The position numbers and the translations under genes are program-made. Positions 28,862-39,285 of a stretch of 43,249 nucleotides of DNA are shown here, piece after piece. Numbering within the stretch: the first letter of the stretch is position 1; each line of letters starts with the position of its first letter. The notes under the pieces are model-generated. The model had not been told where the DNA came from and made no database searches. It saw nothing but the letters and a program-made list of their open reading frames with translations. The DNA comes from a virus (Duplodnaviria > Caudoviricetes), in IMG/VR virus record IMGVR_UViG_3300037587_000069, positions 1-43,249 of that record; one strand, given 5' to 3'.

Positions 28862-29446
28862 TTATGTCCCCAAGCTGATAGATGAAGTGTTAAGCTTGAA
28901 AGGAATTCCCGCACCGGCTGACACTCCCCCCGCACCGGCTGACACCCTCCCAGCACTCTTCGACGTGAACCACTTATCCGCCACGCCGGTGTCGAGCACA
29001 GTGCCTGCACCGGTCAACAGCGACCCGACCGCCTGAGAGCGACCTGCTGCTTCAGCAAAACCACCTTGAGCAGTGGTCAACCCTGCGCTGGTCTGCAACG
29101 CCTCGAACGACTCATCGCCCCTGGTGCGAATGCGCAGTGCATCAGCTTCCCCCAGCGTCAGGGTATCCTGCTGCAGTTGCAATGCGGAACCTGACCCAAG
29201 TGCAACACCCGCCGCACCCAGCTGCGCACGCTGACGTGACAGCAGTTCAGCAGTGCGTTGACGTTGTGTGTTCTCGGTCGCAGTCGCAGCGGTGCGGGTC
29301 GCCTCCGCCTCATTCTCAGCGGTGCGTGCGTTGAAATCGGCAACACCTTTCTGGAATTTACCCTGCTCAACCGCCTGCTGGACTTGAAACGCTGTCGAGG
29401 CGACCGCCACTGCCGCAGTAATTGTTACCGGATCACACATTATCAA
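28862..29446 (-). CDS. Internal virion protein (gp14-like)
   Basis: MCDPVT start, QRAQLGAAGV..GSGS, Ala/Gly-rich. Confidence 0.8.
   Translation of the reverse strand: MIMCDPVTITAAVAVASTAFQVQQAVEQGKFQKGVADFNARTAENEAEATRTAATATENTQRQRTAELLSRQRAQLGAAGVALGSGSALQLQQDTLTLGEADALRIRTRGDESFEALQTSAGLTTAQGGFAEAAGRSQAVGSLLTGAGTVLDTGVADKWFTSKSAGRVSAGAGGVSAGAGIPFKLNTSSISLGT
28908..28945. repeat. 17-bp direct repeat with 21-bp period (CCCGCACCGGCTGACAC)
   Basis: Visible; encodes VSAGAG twice. Confidence 0.8.
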
Positions 29447-29903
29447 TCACCTTTTCGAGATGGAACCGATGGAAGGGTTCTCTGTTGATGCCAACCGGCA
29501 CCGGTTCATCGATCGTAAAGCCTAACCACTTCAACCACCGGATACTGACCCGATTTTCCACATGAACATAGTTCGATAGCCTGGGGCAAACGTCCAGCAT
29601 TTGTTCTATCACTGGGGGTGATTGTATCAGAAACTCACGCTTATACTTCAACGCATGACTGCTGGACAGCAACCACGGTGTGCCGGACCCGGTCAATATG
29701 TTGTCGACGACCAACCCGAGCATGGTGCAGGGCACCCCGTCACACTCGACGATCACACTGAGGGCAGACAACTCCCACCCCTTCATCAGTGCACCAATGG
29801 GGGTGTGATGGTGTGACGCCCACACCTCAGCAGCGTCAGCATCACGCATATCTGATGCGATCAGCCTGACCGCTGCTTCAGTTGGCTTGACGAACTCAAT
29901 CAT
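29433..29903 (-). CDS. gp13-like GNAT-fold virion assembly protein
   Basis: MRDADAAE, NYVHVENRVSIRWLKWLGF. Confidence 0.8.
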   Translation of the reverse strand: MIEFVKPTEAAVRLIASDMRDADAAEVWASHHHTPIGALMKGWELSALSVIVECDGVPCTMLGLVVDNILTGSGTPWLLSSSHALKYKREFLIQSPPVIEQMLDVCPRLSNYVHVENRVSIRWLKWLGFTIDEPVPVGINREPFHRFHLEKVIDNV

Positions 29904-32233
29904 CAGTTGCCGCCTTTATCAACGGACGGGATGACTGACAGGATCGCCAGTGGCAACGGTGACCGCTGTTCGATGCGCACGCCGCCACCCTTCGACCACT
30001 GAGGTTCAATGAGCACTTCCTGCTTGTAGGTCTTCAGCGTGATGGCGTTGTACCCGTCAGTGTCGAACCGTGGCTTGATCTCTCGCATGATCGGGTCACC
30101 CGGCACTTCACCATCGAGTCGTGGACCGACAAAACCACCTCTCGACTTCTCGACTTCGATATAAACTTTCGACACCGACAATGACTTTGACTTCAAGCTG
30201 TCAGTGCTCGACGCGATGTCGATGTCCAGCAGCTCGATAGCAGGCAGGTACGCCAGCCCGACATGAACCTTCGACGCAGCACGCGCCAGTGTGATTGACC
30301 CTGACACGACGGTGTGACCTGTGACTTCGCAACCGTCAGCCAGCACTGCTACCGCCTCGCCTTCGAGGTGATCCAGCCCGGCGACCGTGTTCGCCGGTGC
30401 GCCGTCATAGCTCAGACCTGAGTCGACATAAAAGCAGTCTTCAGAAAGGGTCTGTTCCCGTGGATCTAGCCGCTCAACATACCGTTTCGTCTGACCGTCG
30501 ATGGTGCGTTTGACGATCACATACACCGCATCACGGTTGCCCTCAGACACGGTCGCAACTGACTCAAACAGGCCATCAGTGATGTGTCGATGCCACCCCA
30601 CTACTTGATGCTCTTTCTGGTAGGTCAGACCCAACAGTACGCCGTCGTCACGCACACACCACAGGATGCTGTAGGGCTCCGCTGCGTATGCCATCGACGT
30701 GATCTCAAAGCCTTCAAACAGATGCTCTGACATCAATGACAGATCGTCGCCTGTGAACTTGTCGGTGCTGAACTGGTACCCAAGGTCACGAATCCTCGCA
30801 CCCTTCTCTTGCAAGTACAGCGCGGTGCTGTTGATGACGACCGGCGGCACCCACGACGCACCGTTGTATGACTGCTGTCGTGCACCGATGGTCGCCGGGG
30901 TCAGCACCAAGTCTTGACCTTCTGTGGTCTTCCACTCACCACCAGACGTCAGCAGCAGCATGGAGTCTAGTGACACGATGTGCCGGATCTCATTGACCTC
31001 ACGACCGACGATAGTGAACGTCACCGCGTCATCATCACGCGCAGGGCTGGATGTGCGGAGTGAGTTGAAGTTACCCGTCTGTGTGGCAAAGACCGCTTGC
31101 GGCTCATTGATTGTGTTGGCGAATACTTGCCGTTGCTGGTAATAGTTCACAGCAGATGGCTTGTTACCTGCACCGTTGAACGGCTGACGGTCCCTTGGCG
31201 GGGTGTCACTGATGATCGGTGCGATGTTGAAGTCGTCAAAATTAGTGTTGTTTGACTCACCGATGAAACCGAACACACCGGTGTTGTTCGACGGATCTTT
31301 ATAGATTCGATAATGGTCAGCACCTGCGACTGCATCCCACACCAGGCGCACACCGAATGTCTGACTCAGCGACTTCGTGGTGATGCTGGCAGCAGACGAC
31401 GCCAGCGACTCAACCCCGTCAGCGTCGACTGCGGTCACAACATACGTGTAAGTTTTATCGAAGCTGCCGCCGCCGGCGGGGTTGCCTGTCGTGTTCAGCG
31501 CGTTAAAGGTGGAAGTACCATCTGACACATAGGCTGTGTGACCGGTTGAGTCTTCGTCGTCAAGCTCGAATGTGGTGGGGCTGAGCACTGTGATCGTGAA
31601 CGCTCGGTCATTGACCTCGACCATACCAACGACCGCCGCGATCGTCACCAAATCAACCGTGGTGCGCCCGTGAGCTGCCGACGTGGTGACCACTGCAGGA
31701 TCTGCCTGCGTGATACCGGTGATGACTGCAACTGAGGTGGTGGCGAACGTGGGTGGTGTGACGCTGGACGCATAGTCGACATCAACCAATGTCCAGTTGT
31801 CGTCTGCGAGTCGATTGAGGTCAGCAGGGTCATGCGATGGGTGAACGATCGTCATCACGTCAGCAGACTGTGTGAAGCCGAGGAACGGCAGCTCAGCCTC
31901 AGTGTAGGGCGTCACCAGTTCAAACAGTGCAGGGCCGCCGCCAGCGATCACGAACGCGTTGTCTTTCACGACCCGCATCAGCAGGTGCTCGAACACCAGC
32001 ATGTAGGTCTGTTCAGTGTTGAAGCTGAAGGGGATCAGTCTGCCGACTTTGGTTTGGTCATCGAGCGCGCCACCGAACCGAAACCCTGGTCGGGAGTATG
32101 CGCCACCCTGAGCACGCACCAGGAAGTTCTGACACAGGTTTAGCCCGGTTGCGTATTTGACTGTGTCAGCGCGTGATTGAAGCGATGGGGATATCTCACC
32201 GCTGGTGAACGATCTTTGAATTGTCTCTGGCAC
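29903..32233 (-). CDS. Tail tubular protein B (nozzle)
   Basis: SFTSGEISP, RLIPFSFN, TQSADVM, GWHRH. Confidence 0.85.
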   Translation of the reverse strand: MPETIQRSFTSGEISPSLQSRADTVKYATGLNLCQNFLVRAQGGAYSRPGFRFGGALDDQTKVGRLIPFSFNTEQTYMLVFEHLLMRVVKDNAFVIAGGGPALFELVTPYTEAELPFLGFTQSADVMTIVHPSHDPADLNRLADDNWTLVDVDYASSVTPPTFATTSVAVITGITQADPAVVTTSAAHGRTTVDLVTIAAVVGMVEVNDRAFTITVLSPTTFELDDEDSTGHTAYVSDGTSTFNALNTTGNPAGGGSFDKTYTYVVTAVDADGVESLASSAASITTKSLSQTFGVRLVWDAVAGADHYRIYKDPSNNTGVFGFIGESNNTNFDDFNIAPIISDTPPRDRQPFNGAGNKPSAVNYYQQRQVFANTINEPQAVFATQTGNFNSLRTSSPARDDDAVTFTIVGREVNEIRHIVSLDSMLLLTSGGEWKTTEGQDLVLTPATIGARQQSYNGASWVPPVVINSTALYLQEKGARIRDLGYQFSTDKFTGDDLSLMSEHLFEGFEITSMAYAAEPYSILWCVRDDGVLLGLTYQKEHQVVGWHRHITDGLFESVATVSEGNRDAVYVIVKRTIDGQTKRYVERLDPREQTLSEDCFYVDSGLSYDGAPANTVAGLDHLEGEAVAVLADGCEVTGHTVVSGSITLARAASKVHVGLAYLPAIELLDIDIASSTDSLKSKSLSVSKVYIEVEKSRGGFVGPRLDGEVPGDPIMREIKPRFDTDGYNAITLKTYKQEVLIEPQWSKGGGVRIEQRSPLPLAILSVIPSVDKGGN

Positions 32234-32236
32234 AGG

Positions 32237-32893
32237 TCACCCCCGAACTAAAATGAACTCACTCTCTGGTGGGGTATGATACCCGTCATTCATGTCGTCA
32301 GCTATCGCAGAGTCAAGATAGGCTTGGTACAAGGTCATCTCATCCGACCGCAGCTGTCGACCTGTCTCGGCACCGATCAGCGGTATCGCCATCTCAGCAG
32401 CCAGCAAATGCGACAAGGCCAGAATGAAGTCATCACTGAACAGGTTCGGATCGGTGACCTTCGCTGCATAGTCAATCCGCAACTCTTGGTCGTCTGACCC
32501 GATGACTTTGTTACCGTCCTCGTTGAACACCGCGAAAGGCACCTGAGGCCGCTGATCCTTCAACGACCGCAACTCCGACTCACGTCGACGCGACACCACA
32601 TCCGCACTGCCGGCAGCAATCTCCTCGAATGCTGGTACCAACCGGTGAATCTTGAGGCAGTCCACCGGGTACTGGTACGTGAACGCCCAGTTGAACAGAT
32701 CGATCGTCAGCAGACTGAGTGGCTTCAGCTTCCGGTTGAACTGCCACACAGTTTCCTTCAACAGACGATCCCGCATGAACGGGTACTTCAGCTTAGCAAC
32801 CTGCGCTTGAAGTGACCCTTCAGTCAGACTGTTGATGCTGCTTGCGCGGATGTTACTCAGCGCAAGGTTAATCACCTCAATGTCGCTGGCCAT
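32237..32893 (-). CDS. Tail tubular protein A (adaptor)
   Basis: EVINLALSNI, YQYPVDCL, F..AL..LAAE. Confidence 0.85.
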   Translation of the reverse strand: MASDIEVINLALSNIRASSINSLTEGSLQAQVAKLKYPFMRDRLLKETVWQFNRKLKPLSLLTIDLFNWAFTYQYPVDCLKIHRLVPAFEEIAAGSADVVSRRRESELRSLKDQRPQVPFAVFNEDGNKVIGSDDQELRIDYAAKVTDPNLFSDDFILALSHLLAAEMAIPLIGAETGRQLRSDEMTLYQAYLDSAIADDMNDGYHTPPESEFILVRG

Positions 32894-32896
32894 ACC

Positions 32897-33205
32897 CTAG
32901 CTCCCGTCACCGTAGAGCTGCTTGGCACGATCACCAGGTTCACGCCGTATCTTCATGGTCGTCAGTTGCAAGCTGATGGACTTCTCAGTGCCGTCACTAT
33001 CACTATGCTCCGACGCCCTGTCAACGAATGCAAAGCCGCGCACTTCAACGACATCACCCACAGCGAGCCCACTGGCTCCCGTACCTTCAATAAGGTCGTC
33101 ATCAAGATGCAAAGACGTACCGAATGGGTAATGAGCACCATCTGAACCTACAACGCTGTTATGCGATGACGACTCTTTTTTGATCTTATACTGATCTTCA
33201 GGCAT
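32897..33205 (-). CDS. Small head accessory (capsid staple-like) protein
   Basis: YPFGTSLHLD, SISLQLT, AKQLYG. Confidence 0.6.
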   Translation of the reverse strand: MPEDQYKIKKESSSHNSVVGSDGAHYPFGTSLHLDDDLIEGTGASGLAVGDVVEVRGFAFVDRASEHSDSDGTEKSISLQLTTMKIRREPGDRAKQLYGDGS

Positions 33206-33215
33206 GACCTACTCC

Positions 33216-33494
33216 TCACAGAGTTTCGATTGTTGAACCCGCACCCGCTGCAGCCGGGTCATCCAAGAACGATGCGCCCTTCACGTCGTCGGCATCCTTG
33301 GCGACCTGCTTGGCGTTCGCTTTCTCACCGGTCAGCCGCTTCTTTGCAGCAGCAGCAGACTCAGCCTTGATCGGCTTCAACCAGCTGGGGCACTTCTTGA
33401 AGGGTGTGTCGACATGCAGCGTTCGACGTTTTCCTGTGGGGTCATATAGCCGACCGCCGTAGAACCCTTTTTCCAGCACTGTATAGCTAGGCAT
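33216..33494 (-). CDS. Hypothetical virion-module protein
   Basis: Synteny; GGAG RBS. Confidence 0.7.
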   Translation of the reverse strand: MPSYTVLEKGFYGGRLYDPTGKRRTLHVDTPFKKCPSWLKPIKAESAAAAKKRLTGEKANAKQVAKDADDVKGASFLDDPAAAGAGSTIETL

Positions 33495-33515
33495 TTCCAA
33501 TATCTCCCGTTATTC

Positions 33516-33541
33516 AAAAAGAAGGGCGACCGAAGCCGCCC
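33516..33541 (-). terminator. Intrinsic terminator
   Basis: GGGCGGC-TTCG-GTCGCCC-TTCTTTTT. Confidence 0.8.
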
Positions 33542-33547
33542 GACTCA

Positions 33548-33994
33548 TTAGGCACCAGTGAAGTTGGTCTGGTTGCCCATGCTGATGCCTGCGGTGATCT
33601 TACCCAGCGTCGGCGGCGTGCCGGTCACCGTGTAGCGAACACCAAGGAATTGCAGGTCAGCTTCGTTGGGGATGACCTGATTGAACATCTGCTTGCCGAC
33701 AATCAAGTCAGCCACCAAGATCACTTCAGTGGCCAGCACTTTCGGTGAAGTCAGACCAGCAGCCGCAGACACCTCAAGGGTGATGGTCAGGCTGGTCAGC
33801 GTGTTGAACGCCTCAGTGACCTGCACCAGGATCGGAATGAACGCACCCTTGCCGACGTCCTGGTGCAGCGGAGCCACACCCCCGAACGGTGTACCAGGCA
33901 AGCCGAGATCGATGACGTTGGTGGAGATCGCAGTTGCGGTGATCACCTGGTCATCAGAGAACAATTGATTTTTTGAAAGAATCATGAGATCCAT
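33548..33994 (-). CDS. Bbp16-like capsid cement protein
   Basis: FSDDQVITATAISTNVIDLG, VRYTVTG; follows the capsid gene. Confidence 0.8.
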   Translation of the reverse strand: MDLMILSKNQLFSDDQVITATAISTNVIDLGLPGTPFGGVAPLHQDVGKGAFIPILVQVTEAFNTLTSLTITLEVSAAAGLTSPKVLATEVILVADLIVGKQMFNQVIPNEADLQFLGVRYTVTGTPPTLGKITAGISMGNQTNFTGA

Positions 33995-34008
33995 CCTCTT
34001 AAAGTTTC

Positions 34009-34034
34009 AAAAGCGGTCGGTGTTACCCGACCAC
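34009..34034 (-). terminator. Terminator-like hairpin after the capsid gene
   Basis: GTGGTCGG-loop-CCGACCGC-TTTT. Confidence 0.6.
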
Positions 34035-34045
34035 GACCAGGGTAA

Positions 34046-35044
34046 TTAAGTCACACGATCTTCGGTGAGAACCAACGCATCAGTCTCACGCACCGGGATG
34101 CCGCGATAGAACTGCACCTCTTCACCTTCGATCTCACGCGGCTTCAGACGCACGAACGAATCAGTCGCACCCGCATTGGTTGCCAGGGCGTCCAGCGCTT
34201 CCAGCACATCACGGTTGCAGTAGATCGCCAGCTTCCCACCAGCGACACGACGGTTCTGCAGCTTGTAGAAAGCTTTGCGCATGAAGTCGTACAGCTGAAC
34301 CGTACCCGCCGCCATGTCACTCACATCAATGTTCGCGATGCGGGACACATAACGCCAATCCTTGACGGCCAAGCCGATATGCTGCGTGAAGATCTCTTCC
34401 TTGCCATAGAAGGGGTTGCTGTTGCTATCGAGCAGACGCTGCTCACCTTTGTCTTCGCGTGTGACACCTGCGGCAGTACCTTTCGGATACAGCGCGGTGG
34501 TCTGGTTATCACCCCAGGTCACGAACCAGATTGACGTGTTGTCGGAACCGGTACCACCTGCATCGATGATCTGACCACCGTTGGGCGCACTCAGATCGTT
34601 GAAGCGCGGAGCCAGACCCAGGAACTCTTCGGGGTCCGAAGCGGTGTTGCCGTAGATCATCTTGGTCTGCACTTCCTGTGCAATCGATTCAAGATACGCC
34701 TGCGCTTCCGACAGACGAACCGCGCCCTCGTTGGTGGACAGATCCAGCAGTCGTTTATCGATGGTGCTGGCACCCTCGACGAAACCGGTGGTGTCTTCGA
34801 CCTGAGCGGTGCGACCTTTGCCTTGTGGGATGCCCTGGTAGAGCTTACCCCACGCGACTTCAGGTAGCCCGGTGCGAACGGTGTGCAGGTGGGTGGTACC
34901 CTTATTGCACTCCATCATGATCGCATCGACCAGCATAGGGTTCATTTCCATCAGCATTTCGATGATCGGGACAAACTGCCCTCGACCGTCCTGCTGCTTG
35001 TAGATGTCGATCAAGTCGACGAGTGTGTTGCCAATAATAGCCAT
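34046..35044 (-). CDS. Major capsid protein (BPP-1-like)
   Basis: TVRTGLP, GLAPRF, DAGGTGSDNTSIW, DWRYVSRIANID, GIPVR.TDAL. Confidence 0.9.
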   Translation of the reverse strand: MAIIGNTLVDLIDIYKQQDGRGQFVPIIEMLMEMNPMLVDAIMMECNKGTTHLHTVRTGLPEVAWGKLYQGIPQGKGRTAQVEDTTGFVEGASTIDKRLLDLSTNEGAVRLSEAQAYLESIAQEVQTKMIYGNTASDPEEFLGLAPRFNDLSAPNGGQIIDAGGTGSDNTSIWFVTWGDNQTTALYPKGTAAGVTREDKGEQRLLDSNSNPFYGKEEIFTQHIGLAVKDWRYVSRIANIDVSDMAAGTVQLYDFMRKAFYKLQNRRVAGGKLAIYCNRDVLEALDALATNAGATDSFVRLKPREIEGEEVQFYRGIPVRETDALVLTEDRVT

Positions 35045-35069
35045 GATTTCACCTCACGTGAATTGCGGA

Positions 35070-35747
35070 TTAACTTTTTCGATCGTTAGGATACAACGTC
35101 GACACCACGTCTTTCTGACCCTCACCACCAGACCCAGTGCTACCCGGTACGTCTTCAGCGGTGAGCTTGCCGACCTTGACCATAAAACGGAGCATTTCAG
35201 GGTGGTTGCCCACACCATAGTCCTCCATCAATGTCTTCAACTCTGGCGTTCCGAACTTGTTCACGGCAGCTTGTGCGAGTTTGACGTTCTCGTTGAACGC
35301 TTCGCCCCCGAACTCCTTGTCATTTGCAGATTGTTCACGCCATTCAGTCTTCAGCTGATTGAAAGCATCGACCTGTTTCTGCGCATCCGCCTGGACCCTC
35401 GTTGCTTGAAAATCAACCAGCTTCTGAGCAGCGTCCTGCGTCAACCCCATCTCTTTGAAAAGAGGCAGGGCGTCAGTCATCAGCGTTTCATCGAGCTGGA
35501 TACCTTCAGGCATCTTGAAGTCGGCATACTCGTCAGGAGGTGTCTGACTACCTTCAGCATCACCGTCAGCACTGTCACCAGCGTCAGCGGCATCATCTGC
35601 AGTCGCCGTATCAACAGCGCCTGCATCAGAACTATCAGCTGCGTCATCTGCAGCTGCAGTCAACACCGTCGAGGTGTCAGCTGCTCCGTTGTCTGTACCT
35701 GCGTCAGCTTCAACACCGGTTGTTTGTACTTCGTCACCATCAGCCAT
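35070..35747 (-). CDS. Capsid scaffolding protein
   Basis: Acidic N-terminus, GLTQDAAQKLVD, GNHPEM; precedes the capsid gene. Confidence 0.8.
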   Translation of the reverse strand: MADGDEVQTTGVEADAGTDNGAADTSTVLTAAADDAADSSDAGAVDTATADDAADAGDSADGDAEGSQTPPDEYADFKMPEGIQLDETLMTDALPLFKEMGLTQDAAQKLVDFQATRVQADAQKQVDAFNQLKTEWREQSANDKEFGGEAFNENVKLAQAAVNKFGTPELKTLMEDYGVGNHPEMLRFMVKVGKLTAEDVPGSTGSGGEGQKDVVSTLYPNDRKS

Positions 35748-35988
35748 CGAAATGCTCCTTCAGCATCTTCAAATATTCATCAGGTGCGGCTTCCTTCAAC
35801 TCACTGGTGAGCCACACCCCGTGTTCGCGCTGCCCCGAGTAGAACGCCAGCAGTGCCGGGTTCTCATCAAAGTCATTGGTGAATATACCAGTTTGCTGCA
35901 ATGACCGCCACATGAAGGCACGTCCGTTGTCGGTCTGCATGAACTTGCGTATGGTCAGCAGCTGTAACTCTCGATCGTTATCAGCCAT
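35740..35988 (-). CDS. Bbp19-like protein
   Basis: GRAFMWR.L...GQR.G; between portal and scaffold. Confidence 0.7.
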   Translation of the reverse strand: MADNDRELQLLTIRKFMQTDNGRAFMWRSLQQTGIFTNDFDENPALLAFYSGQREHGVWLTSELKEAAPDEYLKMLKEHFDG

Positions 35989-37661
35989 TATGCCAGCCCC
36001 GCACGCTGCATCACACGCCCGAGTGCATTATCTTCCGACACCTCAGTCTCAGACGCAGTCTTCGCCATGTTCGTCAGCTGCTCAGCTTGTGCCTGTGCCT
36101 GCGCTGCTGCTGCTGCTTGTTGCTCAGCCTGAGCCATCGCAGCAACCACCTCGTCGCTGTTGACGATCGCAGGGTCAACACCCAGCGCATCAGCGTAGTC
36201 ATCAATCGACTGCACCGCGTTGAACTTGTGACGTGCTTCAGGCCACACCTGCGCAATGCCAGCGGTGTATTGTGACAGACGATCGATTGCGCCGGTGTTC
36301 ACCAGCCGCTGTGCCTGAGCCAGCACTGACACGTACTCAACCTCAAGCTCACGGTCAGCCAGCTCAGGAGGGGGAGGAGGCAGCACGCCGTTGCGTTGCA
36401 GGATGTTGAACGTGCGATCGATGAGCGGATCAAGCAGTTCAGTGTGCAGCCGCTCAAGCACCGGACCCAGCATCAGCAGCTTCTCTTCATGCTTCTCAGC
36501 CACCTCACGCGCAGTGATCTGCCGACGGTCGGTGTTAGCCAGCATCAAGAACAGGTCTTCATAGAACGCACGCTGCACCCGATCTTCGACGTTCAGGATC
36601 TCTTCTTTAATCTGCCCGATCTCAGGGCGATAGTTAGAGTAGATGCTGGTCAGACCACCACCAGTCTTGTCGTGCCATATGATCTCGTTCGGACCAGGCA
36701 AACCCCCCTTCATCTTCGCCTGCAGCCCAGACGGACCCTGCAGCGGTGGGTTGACCATCTTGTCGATAGCCTGATACTTGCGTTTCTCAGCCAGCTGCAT
36801 CGCCTTCGTGTCACCGAGTGCTGTGATGCCAGGGCAGTCAGTCGCATAGATGTCTTCACCGGTGACGTCCCAGCGTGGCGTCAGAATGGGGAACTCATCG
36901 AACCCCGACTCACGCAGGAACCGCGTGCTGTTCTCTTTCTGCGAGTTGTCGACCTCATAATAGGCTGACCGGGTTGCCTTGTCCTTAGCCATTGGACTCG
37001 CACCGTCGCGGTCATCGTTCGGTTCGATCGCATGGACAACCTTCACCCACGTTTCAATGTTGCCATGCTCCCACATCTGCTTGGTGGAGTGGCTGACGTT
37101 CTCGATGCCGAACTGCTTGACGACCTGCCCGACACTCAGCTCATACTCACGGTAAAAGGAGTCGCTGACGTTCTTACCATCCAGGCCGATCATGTAACTG
37201 CCGACAGTGTAAGGCTTGCACCAGATCACATTGTCGAAGTCTTGGAACACCCCCATCGCGCCGGTGCCGAAAACACCGAGCTCTGAATACAGGGTGTGCA
37301 GTGAGTTATAGGTGTTCGATGCAGCATAGACCTTGTACATGATCAGCTGCACTTCATGCAGCCACGACTTCACTGATGCCAGGTCATCAAGGGCGCTGTC
37401 ACCGGTGCCGAGCCTGAACCAGGGTCGAGCGGGTGACGTGATGCCTGACATCATGCCTGACGCCAGCGTGCGTGCCGCCATCCGACTCGTGTTGTTGATC
37501 TGCTTCGTGTTGCGCTTGTGACCCTTGTTTCGGTCACTGGTCAGGAAGCGGCCGCGATGTGACAGGTGGTGGTCAGACAGCTCCCGATACAGCGGGATGA
37601 ACGTCGACCGCTCCGATCGCATCGCTTCAAGTCGTTTGTTATAGCTTATAATTGTCGGCAT
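35988..37661 (-). CDS. Portal (head-tail connector) protein
   Basis: SGITSPARPWF, TAREVAE.HEEKLLMLGPVLERL, EYVSVLAQAQR; start moved to ATG 37661. Confidence 0.9.
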   Translation of the reverse strand: MPTIISYNKRLEAMRSERSTFIPLYRELSDHHLSHRGRFLTSDRNKGHKRNTKQINNTSRMAARTLASGMMSGITSPARPWFRLGTGDSALDDLASVKSWLHEVQLIMYKVYAASNTYNSLHTLYSELGVFGTGAMGVFQDFDNVIWCKPYTVGSYMIGLDGKNVSDSFYREYELSVGQVVKQFGIENVSHSTKQMWEHGNIETWVKVVHAIEPNDDRDGASPMAKDKATRSAYYEVDNSQKENSTRFLRESGFDEFPILTPRWDVTGEDIYATDCPGITALGDTKAMQLAEKRKYQAIDKMVNPPLQGPSGLQAKMKGGLPGPNEIIWHDKTGGGLTSIYSNYRPEIGQIKEEILNVEDRVQRAFYEDLFLMLANTDRRQITAREVAEKHEEKLLMLGPVLERLHTELLDPLIDRTFNILQRNGVLPPPPPELADRELEVEYVSVLAQAQRLVNTGAIDRLSQYTAGIAQVWPEARHKFNAVQSIDDYADALGVDPAIVNSDEVVAAMAQAEQQAAAAAQAQAQAEQLTNMAKTASETEVSEDNALGRVMQRAGLA

Positions 37662-37665
37662 ATTG

Positions 37666-38754
37666 CTATTCCTGTAATTCCGAACCTTCCGCAATGACTC
37701 GCACAACCGTGTTAGTTCGGATCAGCATATTGTCCAGCACGACGCACTCCATTTGCTCGCCTACACCCAAAGCGCCATCAAGCCTTGCTGCCACACCGTG
37801 CTTGTCCTGTCCCGCAAACGTAACACGGATCGCGAATGCGTGCTCATTGTTACCCTGCTTCGGTATGAACGAATCAGTGTCAAATCCCCACAGCGACCCC
37901 TCTAAATTCTGGTCGACCGTTCGCAGGTTCTTATACGACCCGTCAGGTCGACGCACTCTGAACAACAAGCCAACAGTCAGCGGCCCGTCAGACCCGAACC
38001 CCGCGAAGTCCATTGCTGAAGGTCCGACGAACACGATCACTACTCTCGTTATGTCGCCGGCTTGCGCCGGTGATGGCTCAACCTTGAAAACGACCGGGGT
38101 ACTCGACCCGTCAGCCAGTGCCAAGTTTCTGTTACCTGTCAGAACATCCGACCCCGCAGGGAATGCGTCGCCAACGAGTTGATTAAGAGTTATGACGTCG
38201 CCAACCACAGCTAGAATTTTGGCTTGTATGAATCGACCACTAGACGTTACACCGATCTCTAAAATGGTACCTACATCACCATCAGGGTAAACACTGGTGC
38301 CAGGAACCGAACCAGGTGTCAGCCCATGTCCTGCAGTCAGCGTGACGTCACGGGAGTCAGCAACGGAATCAACGTCAAGGGTCAGCCCGATGTGAAGCTC
38401 CTGCAAGAAGTCCAGATCTAGCATCTCGGTCGTCGCGTCGTTCAGCGTGACTCCCACCGTCATGCCGTTACGCTGATCAATCTCAACTGGTACACGCTGC
38501 TCAGTGACAGTCAACGCAGAACGATCAGTCATCGCCAGCGCCCAAACACCCAGTTCAGTCATTGGTATCTGCAGTGGTGGGTCTTTGTCACCAAGCTCAT
38601 GGAAAACGGAATTGCCTCTTGCCGGCTTCACATCACTGAAGACGATGCGAACAGTGTCACGATGCGACTGCATCAGCACTGACGCGGGTACTGCAGGGTC
38701 GCTGGTGATCCTCACATACTGAGTCACATCGAGATTGGCGCGAACAGTCGACAT
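37666..38754 (-). CDS. Beta-rich hypothetical (putative virion) protein
   Basis: Long ORF in the structural operon. Confidence 0.65.
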   Translation of the reverse strand: MSTVRANLDVTQYVRITSDPAVPASVLMQSHRDTVRIVFSDVKPARGNSVFHELGDKDPPLQIPMTELGVWALAMTDRSALTVTEQRVPVEIDQRNGMTVGVTLNDATTEMLDLDFLQELHIGLTLDVDSVADSRDVTLTAGHGLTPGSVPGTSVYPDGDVGTILEIGVTSSGRFIQAKILAVVGDVITLNQLVGDAFPAGSDVLTGNRNLALADGSSTPVVFKVEPSPAQAGDITRVVIVFVGPSAMDFAGFGSDGPLTVGLLFRVRRPDGSYKNLRTVDQNLEGSLWGFDTDSFIPKQGNNEHAFAIRVTFAGQDKHGVAARLDGALGVGEQMECVVLDNMLIRTNTVVRVIAEGSELQE

Positions 38755-38757
38755 CGG

Positions 38758-38970
38758 TTATTGCCCGAGCAGAGTTTTAGTTGCAGTCGCAGCACCGTCC
38801 TGCACACCACGTGCACCAGTCAATATGGTGCTGGTGGAGCTGGTACCTGCAGCGGCTCGACGACGACGAGCTTCCGTGTCACCTGCTCTTGGTGCACCTG
38901 CATCAGGCAGTCGTGGTGCCTCGGGTGCGCGTGCTGGGGGTGGTGGAGCTGAAGGTGCGCCAGTGCACAT
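38758..38970 (-). CDS. Small pre-portal protein
   Basis: MC..PPPP...TILTG..G...KTLLGQ, typical of BPP-1-like phages. Confidence 0.75.
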   Translation of the reverse strand: MCTGAPSAPPPPARAPEAPRLPDAGAPRAGDTEARRRRAAAGTSSTSTILTGARGVQDGAATATKTLLGQ

Positions 38971-38982
38971 GGCAATATCCTC

Positions 38983-39228
38983 TTATGTGATTCGGTCGAT
39001 CCAGATACGAGCATCGCCCGTGAGAGTGAACCCATAGCGGCCCCCACCGAGGTACGCCAGACGGTCTTCATTCACAGTGAATGTGCCATCAGTCATCGGC
39101 TGCGGGGTGGCACCAGGGTCTTTCTGGATCGTGAGAGCGCCGGTGCCGGTGCCGAGATCCGAGTTATAAACCAGCTGGTAGACGCCCGGCTGTATGATCT
39201 CAGCATCACCGTTAAGAAATTCAGGCAT
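38983..39228 (-). CDS. Small beta-rich hypothetical protein
   Basis: GAGG RBS. Confidence 0.7.
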   Translation of the reverse strand: MPEFLNGDAEIIQPGVYQLVYNSDLGTGTGALTIQKDPGATPQPMTDGTFTVNEDRLAYLGGGRYGFTLTGDARIWIDRIT

Positions 39229-39285
39229 GTCAATGACCTCTTTGATTTGTGTTTATGTTACACCATCTCGGTTGTGCATTATAAC